From a virus (taxonomy: Duplodnaviria; Caudoviricetes), in IMG/VR virus record IMGVR_UViG_3300049143_000042, positions 1-47,122 of that record: a stretch of 47,122 nucleotides of DNA. One strand, given 5' to 3'. Of the stretch, positions 27,861 through 36,924 are shown one piece after another (position 1 is the stretch's first letter; each line of letters opens with the position of its first letter). The notes under the pieces were generated by a model, which had not been told where the DNA came from, made no database searches, and worked only from the letters and a program-made list of their open reading frames with translations. The translations under genes and the position numbers were made by a program.

Positions 27861-28177
27861 TCGCTGTCGGCAACCCCCATCAGCGACGAGACGTACTGGT
27901 TGTTCAGCGCGCGGATCAGCTTCTGGTCGGCGAGCTGCATGGCCTCGGGGGTGGGCGGCAGGGGTTGGCCGTCGACGGTGAGGTTCCAGGAGATGAGCGA
28001 CTTGAAGAACCGCGCCATGGTCTTCGCGGTGTCTTCGCCCTCGCCGCCGTCCATGCCGGTGGCCTGCATGTACTCGCCGATGGTCATGCCGCGCAGGCGA
28101 GCCTCGGCGCCGTGGTACTTGTGGCCCGGCTGGAACCGGACGGTGACCGGTGCGGGTGTTGCGTCGAAGGTCATCAT
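27773..28177 (-). CDS. Tail assembly chaperone (gpG-like)
   Basis: Between tail tube and tape measure; LISWNL motif; contains the slippery site. Confidence 0.8.
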   Translation of the reverse strand: MMTFDATPAPVTVRFQPGHKYHGAEARLRGMTIGEYMQATGMDGGEGEDTAKTMARFFKSLISWNLTVDGQPLPPTPEAMQLADQKLIRALNNQYVSSLMGVADSDPLPESSTSGGPSPAPAIPMAPLSESQAS

Positions 28178-28584
28178 CAGCTCCAGGTGGGGACGGTGCC
28201 GTCGGCGAGGGAGAACGGCGCGGACCAGGTGAACTCGCCGGACGCCGCGCGGGTGAGGGCGTAGTCCGTGATCAGGCACTCGTTGGCGAGGGTCTGCCCG
28301 GAGACGCCGATGCTGATCGTGCGGGCCACGGAGGTGGAGCTGACGGTCTTCAGCACACTGTGGCTGGCGTTGGCCGCATCGTTGAAGACGCCGTTGGCCG
28401 TGCCGGAGAAGTCCGCCAGGAGCAGCAGCCGCTCGATCGCGGACTTGTCCAGGCCGGTGACGTCCTGTACGCCCCTCGGCATGGACCAGTCCACGTTGGT
28501 GCAGTCGTTGCGGATGTCCCGCGCGGTGCCCGCGGAGTCGTCCACGCTGAACGTGGTCCAGCCGAGGCCCGTTTCCTTCGCCAT
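28177..28584 (-). CDS. Tail tube-like protein (135 aa)
   Basis: GAAGGGA RBS; QDVTGLDKSAIER; directly before the chaperone. Confidence 0.72.
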   Translation of the reverse strand: MAKETGLGWTTFSVDDSAGTARDIRNDCTNVDWSMPRGVQDVTGLDKSAIERLLLLADFSGTANGVFNDAANASHSVLKTVSSTSVARTISIGVSGQTLANECLITDYALTRAASGEFTWSAPFSLADGTVPTWS

Positions 28585-28613
28585 GGTGGTGTCCCTTCTG
28601 TGATGGTCGGGGG

Positions 28614-29048
28614 TCAGCCCCGGCGGCGGTCCTCGTTGAACCGGCCGAACTCTTCCTGCATGTGCTCCACCCAGTCCTCCGCTCGCGTGTGCACGCGGCG
28701 GCGGCCGGTCGGGTTGCCGCGGGAGTCCCCGTCGCGGACGAGGTACAGCTCCGGGCGGGTCTGATGCTCGGCGAAGCAGCGCTGCCCGGACTCGAACCGG
28801 AAGACGGTCAGCCCGGCCTCGGTGCGCATCTCGCGGAACGTGCGGCCCGACTGCGTGCGGATGTACGCGGCCTGCTGCGCGCCGAGGTCCGTGCGCTCGT
28901 CGACGGTGGAGTCCCAGCCCTGCCGCCACGCCGCGCACCCGACCTTCTCGCACACGGTGCGCACGGCCTGGTCCGGGCGAGAGCGGACGCTGAACGTCTG
29001 GTACGCCTGCACGGGACCGGCGGCTGGGAGACGGAACGGTTCGGTCAT
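28614..29048 (-). CDS. Hypothetical protein in the tail module (144 aa)
   Basis: GAGGAG RBS; CEKVGC...CFAEH possible metal site. Confidence 0.7.
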   Translation of the reverse strand: MTEPFRLPAAGPVQAYQTFSVRSRPDQAVRTVCEKVGCAAWRQGWDSTVDERTDLGAQQAAYIRTQSGRTFREMRTEAGLTVFRFESGQRCFAEHQTRPELYLVRDGDSRGNPTGRRRVHTRAEDWVEHMQEEFGRFNEDRRRG

Positions 29049-29058
29049 CGTGGTCTCC

Positions 29059-29838
29059 TCAGAAGCTGGTCAGGACGTCGGGGCGGGCCACGGCCACCAG
29101 GAACCGCAGGTTGGTGAACGTGCCGGTCGTCGCGACGCGGACGTAGCGCTCGACGGTCTGAGTGCGGGCGGTCTGGATGCGCTCCGCCGTCGGCCCGGTC
29201 GTCACCGCGGTGAAGCCGCCTCCGACGACGTCCGTCCAGGTGTCGGCGGCGCCGTTGTCCGAGGACTCCTGCAGCTTGATCGTGGCGCTGGTCCCGGTGA
29301 AGCTGACCACCTGGAGGTACGCCTGCAGACCGAACGACAGGGGGCCGGTGCCGAGGTCGAGGCTGGCGCCGTTCGTCGCGGTCGTGTCCGTGCGCACGCC
29401 GGCCGTCGCGAGCGTGGCCCACTCCAGGCCGTAGCCGTTGGCCTGCGCCGACACCGAGATGGTGAGCGCGCCGTCGGCCCCGCGTGAGGGGTCGTAGCCG
29501 ATCTGCTTGCCGACCATGCAGGCGGCGGCCGAGCCGATGGTCCGGCCAGTGATCCACATCAGGTGGCGGTCGGTCGTCGGGATCGTGGACAGCACCGCGT
29601 GAGCGTGGTCGGTCGTGGTGCCGGGGATGTCGCTGGCCTTCTCGGGGTTGAAGAAGCTGGTCCAGGACAGGCGACCGTCGCGGAGCAGTCCCTTGCGTTC
29701 GTAGGCGCTCTTGTCGATGCCGGTCACGTCCTGTGTGCCCGTCAGTCCGCCGCCGATCTCGTTGCCCGCGCCGGTGTCCCCGGACAGGTCGTAGCCGCCC
29801 AGGTAGAACCCCTGCGCGAGCCCGCTCTGCTTGGCCAC
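29059..29838 (-). CDS. Tail tube-like protein with C-terminal beta-domain extension (259 aa)
   Basis: MAKQSGL and QDVTGIDKSAYER are similar to the 135-aa tube gene. Confidence 0.7.
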   Translation of the reverse strand: MAKQSGLAQGFYLGGYDLSGDTGAGNEIGGGLTGTQDVTGIDKSAYERKGLLRDGRLSWTSFFNPEKASDIPGTTTDHAHAVLSTIPTTDRHLMWITGRTIGSAAACMVGKQIGYDPSRGADGALTISVSAQANGYGLEWATLATAGVRTDTTATNGASLDLGTGPLSFGLQAYLQVVSFTGTSATIKLQESSDNGAADTWTDVVGGGFTAVTTGPTAERIQTARTQTVERYVRVATTGTFTNLRFLVAVARPDVLTSF

Positions 29839-30306
29839 CTAAGCCACCTCGTTCCATGCGTCGTTGATGATCAGCGGGATGGTGAGCGTGGCCACCCGGT
29901 ACGTCACCGAACCCAGCCGCGCGTACCCGAACTGCGCGCCCAGCGGCGCCCCGTGCATCCCGAGCAGGTCGACGGCCGCAACGCTTCCGCTCAGTTCGAA
30001 GTCGCCGCAGTAGGCACCCATCAGCGCGGACACCGCGCCCGTCACGGCGATATCGACGTCGCCCTGCGGCTCGGTGTCCGCCGGCATGAACACCCGGCCG
30101 GACAGCTCCAGTCGCACAGAGACGGTGTTCAGGCCGGACCGCTTGGGGAGCGGGGTGACGCGGCTGACCCACAGGGCGTAGATCAGCCCCGAGCCCGGCG
30201 CGGAGACCGGCTCGTGGTCGAGTACCTGCTCGAACAGGCCGAGGCCCTGCGCGTGGGACATCGCTGCTGCGCGGTAGGTGACGAGATCCAGGGGCACGGC
30301 GATCAC
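29839..30306 (-). CDS. Tail terminator-like protein
   Basis: Position before the tube genes and size 155 aa. Confidence 0.6.
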   Translation of the reverse strand: MIAVPLDLVTYRAAAMSHAQGLGLFEQVLDHEPVSAPGSGLIYALWVSRVTPLPKRSGLNTVSVRLELSGRVFMPADTEPQGDVDIAVTGAVSALMGAYCGDFELSGSVAAVDLLGMHGAPLGAQFGYARLGSVTYRVATLTIPLIINDAWNEVA

Positions 30307-30683
30307 ATCCGTCCCGTGTAGCGGCGGAGCAGCCGCTCGCCGATGCCGCGCTTCCGAGCGTTGAGCTTGTCCCTGGTCACGGGCCAGTGGTCATAGCCCT
30401 TGAACTTCGTAGCCGGGTAGTTCCTGCTGCCGACGCCCGCCAGCCACGGCCCGTAGACGACTCGGTTGTCCCAGATCGTCGTGCCGTCGATGACGTCGAT
30501 GCGGGTCGTGTAGTAAGGCGTCTGCGTCTTCAGGACGCGGTCGAGTTCGTCAAGGAGGATTCCGCGGCCGGTGTCGGCGAGGTCCCTCTCCAGGTGGTCG
30601 ACGTAGGCGTTCAGGGCACGGCGGGCGCGGCCGTCGACGAGCGGGCCGTCGACACGGGTGGAGACGTTGAAGCGCATGGTCAC
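30303..30683 (-). CDS. Neck/tail-completion protein (HK97 gp10-like)
   Basis: Basic 126-aa protein, YGPWL.G.G motif, position in the neck module. Confidence 0.6.
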   Translation of the reverse strand: MTMRFNVSTRVDGPLVDGRARRALNAYVDHLERDLADTGRGILLDELDRVLKTQTPYYTTRIDVIDGTTIWDNRVVYGPWLAGVGSRNYPATKFKGYDHWPVTRDKLNARKRGIGERLLRRYTGRM

Positions 30684-31732
30684 ACCCCCCGCATCCGTGC
30701 GTGACGGCCGTGGGAGGCGTACACGCGCTCACGGAGTTCCTGGAGCCCGCGGCCGGTGACCTCGCGCTGGTACTCCCCCGCGCCCGCTGTCCGGGCGTAA
30801 CCGGCGCGGCCCTGCAGGAGATCGTTCAGGGCCTCGGCCACGACGAACTGGCGGACCGGGCCGGGCGGGACGAACAGGTGGACCGGCGTGCCCAGGGTGT
30901 GCGTGGCTGCGGTGGTGCCGAGTGCGCCGCGCTGCACGGTCAGGGTCCGCGGCGCGTAGATCGTGGCCCCAGCAGGGTGCGCGGCGATCGTCGACCCGTC
31001 CCACGCCCGCGTCACCACCAGCGTATTGCCGGCGACGTCGTCGATCCGCATCCGCTCCCCGTCGACGAGGACCACCTCGCCGGCCGCGAAGCCGCTGCCG
31101 TCCTGCACGGTGACGGTCACGCTGTTGTTGATCGCGGTCAGTCCGGCGCCGCCGACGGTCTGACTGGTGTCGAGCTGCGTCCGGCCGGTGACGAGGAGCC
31201 GCTCACTGTCGACCCTCAGCACGCTGCCGACGCCGACGGCCGCCGACGCCTCGGCGTCCACGTCGACGCTGGTCTCGGTGTCGTCCAGGGCCTCGGCCAG
31301 CACGCCGGCCGGGGTCTCGTCGTTGCGGTAGCCCCAGAGTCCGGTGATGGCGATGTCCCGCTGGTGGGTGTCGCCGCCACCGTAGGTGGCGTTGCTCCCG
31401 ATGTTGATCTCGATCCGATTGAACGGAGGGCCCGACCTGTTCGGTTCGAGGAGGACGTCGGCCGGGTCGATCGTCACACCGCCGCTGACGAGGGAGGTGA
31501 GGGAGATCAGCTCAGAGTCGTCCAGCCACAGCCGCCACGACGGCCGGTACTGCGAGCCCGGCCAGTCGAAGAAGCGGGTGTCCTGCTCCGGGTAGAACTT
31601 CCGGTGGCACAGGGCCTCGACGGCGCGCGATGCGTCGTCCAGGGCGCGGTCGATCCGCGCGTTGGAGCGGGCGGTTTCCCTCACGTCCAACTCCGTCTTG
31701 ATCTCCTCGCGGGTGGAGTACACTGGCTGCAT
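30680..31732 (-). CDS. Head-tail adaptor with inserted repeated beta module
   Basis: YSTREEIK...ASRAVEALCHRKF...ITGLWGY adaptor pattern; internal repeat. Confidence 0.72.
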   Translation of the reverse strand: MQPVYSTREEIKTELDVRETARSNARIDRALDDASRAVEALCHRKFYPEQDTRFFDWPGSQYRPSWRLWLDDSELISLTSLVSGGVTIDPADVLLEPNRSGPPFNRIEINIGSNATYGGGDTHQRDIAITGLWGYRNDETPAGVLAEALDDTETSVDVDAEASAAVGVGSVLRVDSERLLVTGRTQLDTSQTVGGAGLTAINNSVTVTVQDGSGFAAGEVVLVDGERMRIDDVAGNTLVVTRAWDGSTIAAHPAGATIYAPRTLTVQRGALGTTAATHTLGTPVHLFVPPGPVRQFVVAEALNDLLQGRAGYARTAGAGEYQREVTGRGLQELRERVYASHGRHARMRGV

Positions 31733-31768
31733 CTCTCTCACCTCCTCTCGTGTGCTGGTCGGGTTGGG

Positions 31769-32122
31769 TCAGGCGTCAGCGGCGCCGGTCTCCGACGTAC
31801 CGGCCTCCTGGTCGCCATCCGTCCCACGGGCAGTAGAGGTCGCCGTCCGGGCCCGCTTCGAGCGGCTCGCCGTCGTTCGGGCAGGCGGCGGGGTCTCGGT
31901 CTCGCTCTTCTCGGGCGAGGTCGACGGCTTCTCGGACGATGTCGAGGAGCTGCTCCCAGGCCACAACTCCTCCTCGGCAGCGGCGTTCGTGGCGCCGCCG
32001 TGAACGGTGATCTTCGGCACTGATGCTCCCTGCTCGACGTACTCGGACTCGCCGCACTGCGGGCACCGGGCCGCACCGACCGCGTAGGCGGTGGTGCAGC
32101 CGGTGCACACCCACAGCGCCAC
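31769..32122 (-). CDS. Zn-ribbon protein with low-complexity C-terminus (117 aa)
   Basis: MALWVCTGCTTAYAVGAARCPQCG; starts just after the upstream stop. Confidence 0.55.
   Translation of the reverse strand: MALWVCTGCTTAYAVGAARCPQCGESEYVEQGASVPKITVHGGATNAAAEEELWPGSSSSTSSEKPSTSPEKSETETPPPARTTASRSKRARTATSTARGTDGDQEAGTSETGAADA
31776..31964 (-). CDS. Small Cys protein nested in another frame (62 aa)
   Basis: GAGGAGGAG RBS then GTG; MAWEQLLDIVREA...CPNDGEPL...YCPWDGW. Confidence 0.55.
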   Translation of the reverse strand: MAWEQLLDIVREAVDLAREERDRDPAACPNDGEPLEAGPDGDLYCPWDGWRPGGRYVGDRRR

Positions 32123-32124
32123 GA

Positions 32125-32562
32125 TCAGGCGCCCGTGGCCGGGAGGTTCGCCGGGGCCCGGCCGGCCATCAGGTCGCGGGTGATGGCGTTGACGGTGCCG
32201 TTGCCGGTGGAGGCCAGCCGCACGTACTTGAAGCCGTCCGAGAGGCTGGTGCCCTCGATCTCGATGACGGCCGCGTTCTGCGTGGCAGCCGCCGCCGTGG
32301 TCACGGTGGCCGCCGCGGCCTGGGTGCGCCGGGTCCACGTGTCCGAGCCGTTGCCGGTGGACGTGTGGTACTCGGTGACGACCGCGAGGTTCTGCGCACC
32401 GGTGCCCGAGGCGTCGCGCGCCTCCTGCAGCGTGTACGTGTCGCCGACCCCGCCCGCCAGGTAGCAGGCGAAGGTGACGCCGCCGGCGCCCTTGAGGGCG
32501 ATCCACGCGTTGTCCGCGGCGGGGGTGGTGTTGAAGAGCCTGCCGAGTGCCTTCTGAGACAT
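32125..32562 (-). CDS. Capsid-associated/decoration-like protein (145 aa)
   Basis: Immediately after the capsid gene; AAGGAAG RBS; Thr/Ala-rich. Confidence 0.65.
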   Translation of the reverse strand: MSQKALGRLFNTTPAADNAWIALKGAGGVTFACYLAGGVGDTYTLQEARDASGTGAQNLAVVTEYHTSTGNGSDTWTRRTQAAAATVTTAAAATQNAAVIEIEGTSLSDGFKYVRLASTGNGTVNAITRDLMAGRAPANLPATGA

Positions 32563-32664
32563 CGGGCTTCCTTTCGTCTGAGGAGCGGGTCCGGGGCGAC
32601 ACTGCCGGCCCGGTGCAAGCCGCCGCCGGGGTGTGAATGCCGGCGACGGCCGGGAACTGCTGCG

Positions 32665-34038
32665 TTACGCGGCGAGCTCGATGAACGGGGACAGCGTGTT
32701 GCTGGAGCCGTTCGCGGGGGTGATGGCGGACTGCAGCCAGGGGCGGCCGTCCACGCGCTGGATGATGCGGAAGGTGGTCTTGTCCGCGCCGAACTGGTAG
32801 TCGGTGCTGCTGTCGGCGGTCATGGTCTGCCGGTCACCGACGAGGTAGTACGACAGGTCGCTGAACGCGATGTCGCCGCGGGCGCCGAGGGTGCCCGCCT
32901 TCTCGGTGATGATGAGCGGCCGTCCGAAGATGGTCATCGGGTGCGCGGCGGCGGCGTTGACGACGAACACGCTGTTGCCGCCGGTGCCGACGTCGAGGGC
33001 CATGGTGAGGAGCTCGGGCAGGGCGTCCGGGGAGCAGGTCCACACGGCGCGCGGCAGGGAGCTGGGGAGCATGCGGGAGTACATCTTGACGATGTCCGCG
33101 TACTTGATCTTGTTGGCGGTGGTGCGGGCCACCGGGACCGCCGACGGGTTCCCGGCGCCACGGAAGCCGAGCGGCTCACCGACACCGGACCCGGCCATGA
33201 ACGCGTTGTCCTCGGAGAAGGCGAGGGCCTGCGGCCACAGCCGCTCCAGCAGCGCCGCGAACGAGGTGATGGAGTCCTGCAGCAGCTCGTTCGGGACCGC
33301 GCTGAGGCCCGTGAGCTTCTTCGCGTCCAGGGTGACCCTGCCGAACTTCGGCGAGGCGTCGTTGAGGGGAGCGCCCTCCTCACCCCAGTAGGCGACCATG
33401 CCGCCGAACACGGACCCGGCGTTCGTCGTGGAGTCGATCATCGGGAACGGAACCCGGGCCGACTCCATCGGGACTACGGTGGCGAGCGGCCGGACGACCG
33501 ACATCTCCAGCGCGATCTCCATCAGGTTGGAGCGCAGCGTCTCCGGGACGAGGAACCCACCGTCGGCCGGCGACACGGACGACGCCGCGTTCCGGAGGGC
33601 GGACAGCTTCTCGGCGTTGGCCTGCGGGTTCTTGTGCCAGATGTTCTGGACGTAGTCGATGCCCGACGCGAAGTGCTGGTCGAGCTGCGCGCCGGGGGCC
33701 GCCGCGTTGTGGGCGGTGCCCTGCCGGTGTGAGGTCAGCATGTTGGCGCGGGAGCCGCGCCCGTTCTGCGGGTTCAGGTCGAGACGCTTGATCGCGTCCC
33801 CGGCCTGCCGGTCCTTGATCTCGGCGCCGTTGGAGCGGAGGAAGTCGGCGAGGCCCTTCTGCACGCCCTCGTCGACGAGGCGCTGCACGTCGGTGCCGTC
33901 GCCCTGCTGCTTCTCGGCGTAGGCCGTGATGAAGTTCTTCAGGTCGTCGGGGGACGCGACGACGTCCTTGGCCTTGGCCGGGTCCGCGAGCATCTCCGCC
34001 AGTTCGTCGGCGTTGCGCGGGATGGTGGGAGTAGCCAC
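32665..34038 (-). CDS. Major capsid protein (HK97 fold)
   Basis: DGGFLVPE, AYWGEEG, VPNELLQDS, IFGRPL, RVDGRP; AAGGAGG RBS before GTG 34038. Confidence 0.93.
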   Translation of the reverse strand: MATPTIPRNADELAEMLADPAKAKDVVASPDDLKNFITAYAEKQQGDGTDVQRLVDEGVQKGLADFLRSNGAEIKDRQAGDAIKRLDLNPQNGRGSRANMLTSHRQGTAHNAAAPGAQLDQHFASGIDYVQNIWHKNPQANAEKLSALRNAASSVSPADGGFLVPETLRSNLMEIALEMSVVRPLATVVPMESARVPFPMIDSTTNAGSVFGGMVAYWGEEGAPLNDASPKFGRVTLDAKKLTGLSAVPNELLQDSITSFAALLERLWPQALAFSEDNAFMAGSGVGEPLGFRGAGNPSAVPVARTTANKIKYADIVKMYSRMLPSSLPRAVWTCSPDALPELLTMALDVGTGGNSVFVVNAAAAHPMTIFGRPLIITEKAGTLGARGDIAFSDLSYYLVGDRQTMTADSSTDYQFGADKTTFRIIQRVDGRPWLQSAITPANGSSNTLSPFIELAA

Positions 34039-34049
34039 TGGTGCCTCCT

Positions 34050-35084
34050 TCAGGCTTCCGTCGCCGCGCTGGACGACGCCGTGGTGGTGAGGGTGGAGAC
34101 CAGCACCGACCACGCGTCGGGCTCGTCCTTGGTGAGGTGAGCGGTCATCGCCGCCCACTGGTCTACGGCGGCGGGCGCCTCCGGTTCCGGCTCGGTGGCC
34201 GGGTCCTCGGGGGCGGGTTCGACGGGCGTGGTCTCGGCGACCGGCTCGGCCGGGGCCTCGTCCTCGATGGGCGGGGTGACCGCGGCAGCGAGCTGCGCGG
34301 CGATCTCCTCGCCGATCAGGGACCGGATGTCCTCGGTCAGCCCGGCCTCGGTCGCCAGTGCCGCGTCGCGGGGGCCGTGGTAGCCGTAGGCGGCGAGGTC
34401 CCAGGCGCGGGCCATGTCCGGCTCCGGGTCCTCGGCCGGCTCGACCGGCGTGCCGGTCTTCGGCACGGTCAGGGCTTCGTCGGCGAGGCCGTTGGCGACG
34501 GCGTCCTCGGGGAGGTACCACGTCTCGGCCTGCATGCGGGCCCGCCACTGTTCGCGGGTGCCGCCCGCGCGGGCGGCGTAGGCGTCGGCGATGTTGTCGC
34601 TGATCAGGTCGAGGAGCTCGCTCATCTCGTCCATGTCGGCGGCGTTGCCCATGCAGACACCGGACGCGTCGTGGATCATCAGCATGCTGTTGGGGGCCAT
34701 CTCGATGCGGTCCCCGGCCATGGCGATGACGGACGCGATCGACGCGGCAACGCTGTCCACCTGCACCGTCACTCTGGCCGGGTGCGCACGCAACGCGTTG
34801 GCGATGGCGATGCCCTCGAACACCGACCCGCCCGGCGAGTTGATCCGGACCCGCATCCGCGGCGCCGTGATCCCCTTCAGCTCGGCGACCAGCTCGTCGG
34901 CTGTGGAGCCGAACCAGCCGCCGATCTCGTCGTACAGCATGACCTCGGCCTCGTCCGGGTCCGCCGCGTTGTTGATCCGGTACCAGGAGCGGGCCTCGAT
35001 ACCCAGCCGGGTCCGCTCGCGGGCGGCGTGCTCCCGCTGCCGGGCCTGGAAGACGCCCGCCTTGCCGGGCAGCGCGATGTTCAT
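34050..35084 (-). CDS. ClpP-type head maturation protease with acidic scaffold-like tail
   Basis: RINSPGGSVFEG, AASIASVIAMAG, MIHDA, ETWY. Confidence 0.93.
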   Translation of the reverse strand: MNIALPGKAGVFQARQREHAARERTRLGIEARSWYRINNAADPDEAEVMLYDEIGGWFGSTADELVAELKGITAPRMRVRINSPGGSVFEGIAIANALRAHPARVTVQVDSVAASIASVIAMAGDRIEMAPNSMLMIHDASGVCMGNAADMDEMSELLDLISDNIADAYAARAGGTREQWRARMQAETWYLPEDAVANGLADEALTVPKTGTPVEPAEDPEPDMARAWDLAAYGYHGPRDAALATEAGLTEDIRSLIGEEIAAQLAAAVTPPIEDEAPAEPVAETTPVEPAPEDPATEPEPEAPAAVDQWAAMTAHLTKDEPDAWSVLVSTLTTTASSSAATEA

Positions 35085-36676
35085 GAGCCCTCTCCCTTAC
35101 GTCCCCGCTTCACCACGCGGCACCGGCAGTCGTTGCCGTAGGTCACGCCTTCGCAGCGGACGTAGCCCTCGCCGCCGGGGTAGTCCTTGTACGCCTCGGC
35201 CCGGTTCTTGTACGTGCGCCCGGCCTGTTCACGGCAGTTGTGGCAGGTGTCACCGTCGTCGGTGATCTCCACGACCCACCGCTGCGCGGCCTCGATGTCC
35301 TCGCCGAGGAGCCCGGCGACCGCGTCCGTCCACGCGTTCGTCGGCGCGGGCGTCGCGGCCTCCGGGTTGGCGCCGGGCACGAGGCTCTGCCAGCCCTCGG
35401 GCAGTTGGAAGCCGAGCATCGGCAGGATGAGCGGCCCGAGCGACGGGGCGCCGCGCACGATCCGGGACAGCAGGTCACGGTCGGCGTCGAACGGCAGCTC
35501 AGGCAAGCCGACCGCCGATGCGACTGCCGACGCGTCGTACCCGGCGGCGACGAGGGACTGCGCCGCGTTCGACCGGGACGTCAGCGTCTTCGCTTCGGTC
35601 TCGCTGTCGGCGGGGACGGGGTCGCAGTAGTCGAACTCCAGCCCGGCGGCGGTGGCGCCGAACATGGGGAGGAGTTCGTGGTTCAGGGCAGCCTTGATGC
35701 GCTCCAGGCGCGGGATGGTTTGCTGCTCCGCGAACCACGCTTTGGCCGCCAGCGCCGAGGCCCTGTTGATGTCCTCGAAGTCGCCGATCGCGCTCTTCGA
35801 GATGCCGTAGGCCTCGCGGACCCGGTCGGCGGTGGCGCCGCGCAGCTCGACGAACTGCATGTCGCGCTGACTGATGGTGCGGTCAACCCACTTGCCGTGC
35901 TCCAAGATCGCGACCCGGTGGGCGTTGCCGACGCCGCGGTGCTGCTCGTTCCACCGCTCGCGGAGCTCGTCGAACTGGTCGTCGCTCAGCGCCTGCGGGA
36001 CCTCGATGATCCCGCCCGGCTGCGCGCTGTTGATGAAGAACGCGCGCGACCACTCGGCGGCGTACCGGCTGGTGTCCAGGTCCGGGAGGATCGACAGCAC
36101 CGGGCTGAGTCCACGGTACGGGTCGAGCGGGTTCGGCCGGCGAAGTTGAATGACCTCGTCCAGCCCGAGGGGGATCTGTTCCCCGTCGGGCGAGGTGTAG
36201 ATGTAGCCGGCGAGAAAGTGATCGCGGGACGGGACGGGGGTCATGCGGTCGGGGCGGACCGGCCAGATCTCCAGCGGGATGTTCACGCCGGGGACGCGGG
36301 AGATCACCCACCAACTCTCCCCGGTGAGGTCGTAGTGCTGGGTGCTCGCCTCGACGAACTCCTGCCTCGGCATGAACTTGTTCGGGGTGTTCCACAGGTC
36401 GAGGGCGGCGTGGTTGGTGACCTCTTCGCGGTCCTCGTCCCGGCCGGACTTGGCCTTCCGCCACAGCTTCCAGTCGACCAACGCGGTCGCGTTGCTCGTG
36501 CGGTCGACGATCGCGAACAGCGTGCCCACGGCGGTCATCGCGCGCAACTGGGCTTCGGCGCTGCGGTTGCTGCCGAAGACGGCGCGGGCCTGGGAGCGGC
36601 TGGTGAACGGGACAGGAGTGGTGGCCGCGGCGGTGCGCGCTGCGTTGGACAGCGCACCGAGGAGGGTTCTGGCCAC
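35081..36676 (-). CDS. Portal protein with C-terminal MuF-like Cys domain
   Basis: LTGESWW, PVRPDRM, YRGLSP, FFINSAQPGGII; C-terminal DTCHNC...NDCRC. Confidence 0.92.
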   Translation of the reverse strand: MARTLLGALSNAARTAAATTPVPFTSRSQARAVFGSNRSAEAQLRAMTAVGTLFAIVDRTSNATALVDWKLWRKAKSGRDEDREEVTNHAALDLWNTPNKFMPRQEFVEASTQHYDLTGESWWVISRVPGVNIPLEIWPVRPDRMTPVPSRDHFLAGYIYTSPDGEQIPLGLDEVIQLRRPNPLDPYRGLSPVLSILPDLDTSRYAAEWSRAFFINSAQPGGIIEVPQALSDDQFDELRERWNEQHRGVGNAHRVAILEHGKWVDRTISQRDMQFVELRGATADRVREAYGISKSAIGDFEDINRASALAAKAWFAEQQTIPRLERIKAALNHELLPMFGATAAGLEFDYCDPVPADSETEAKTLTSRSNAAQSLVAAGYDASAVASAVGLPELPFDADRDLLSRIVRGAPSLGPLILPMLGFQLPEGWQSLVPGANPEAATPAPTNAWTDAVAGLLGEDIEAAQRWVVEITDDGDTCHNCREQAGRTYKNRAEAYKDYPGGEGYVRCEGVTYGNDCRCRVVKRGRKGEGS

Positions 36677-36689
36677 CAACCCTCCCTCG

Positions 36690-36869
36690 CTACTTGCCGC
36701 CGTAGACCCGCCAGTTCAGGAGCCAGCAGCCGAGACCGGCAGCGACGAGACCAGCGATCAGGTGCCACAGCATGGCCGCACCCGACAACAGAATGATCCC
36801 TGTCATGTCAAGCAGGACCGGCATGGACTTATTCAACTTCTGCGCCCACCTGCGGAAATGAGTCTTCAT
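36690..36869 (-). CDS. Small membrane protein between terminase and portal (59 aa)
   Basis: Hydrophobic GIILLSGAAMLWHLIAGLVAAGLGCWLL. Confidence 0.6.
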   Translation of the reverse strand: MKTHFRRWAQKLNKSMPVLLDMTGIILLSGAAMLWHLIAGLVAAGLGCWLLNWRVYGGK

Positions 36870-36924
36870 ACTGGTCACGGCAGTCTCACAATCGTCGGCG
36901 GCACGTTGTAGGTAGGCGACAGTC

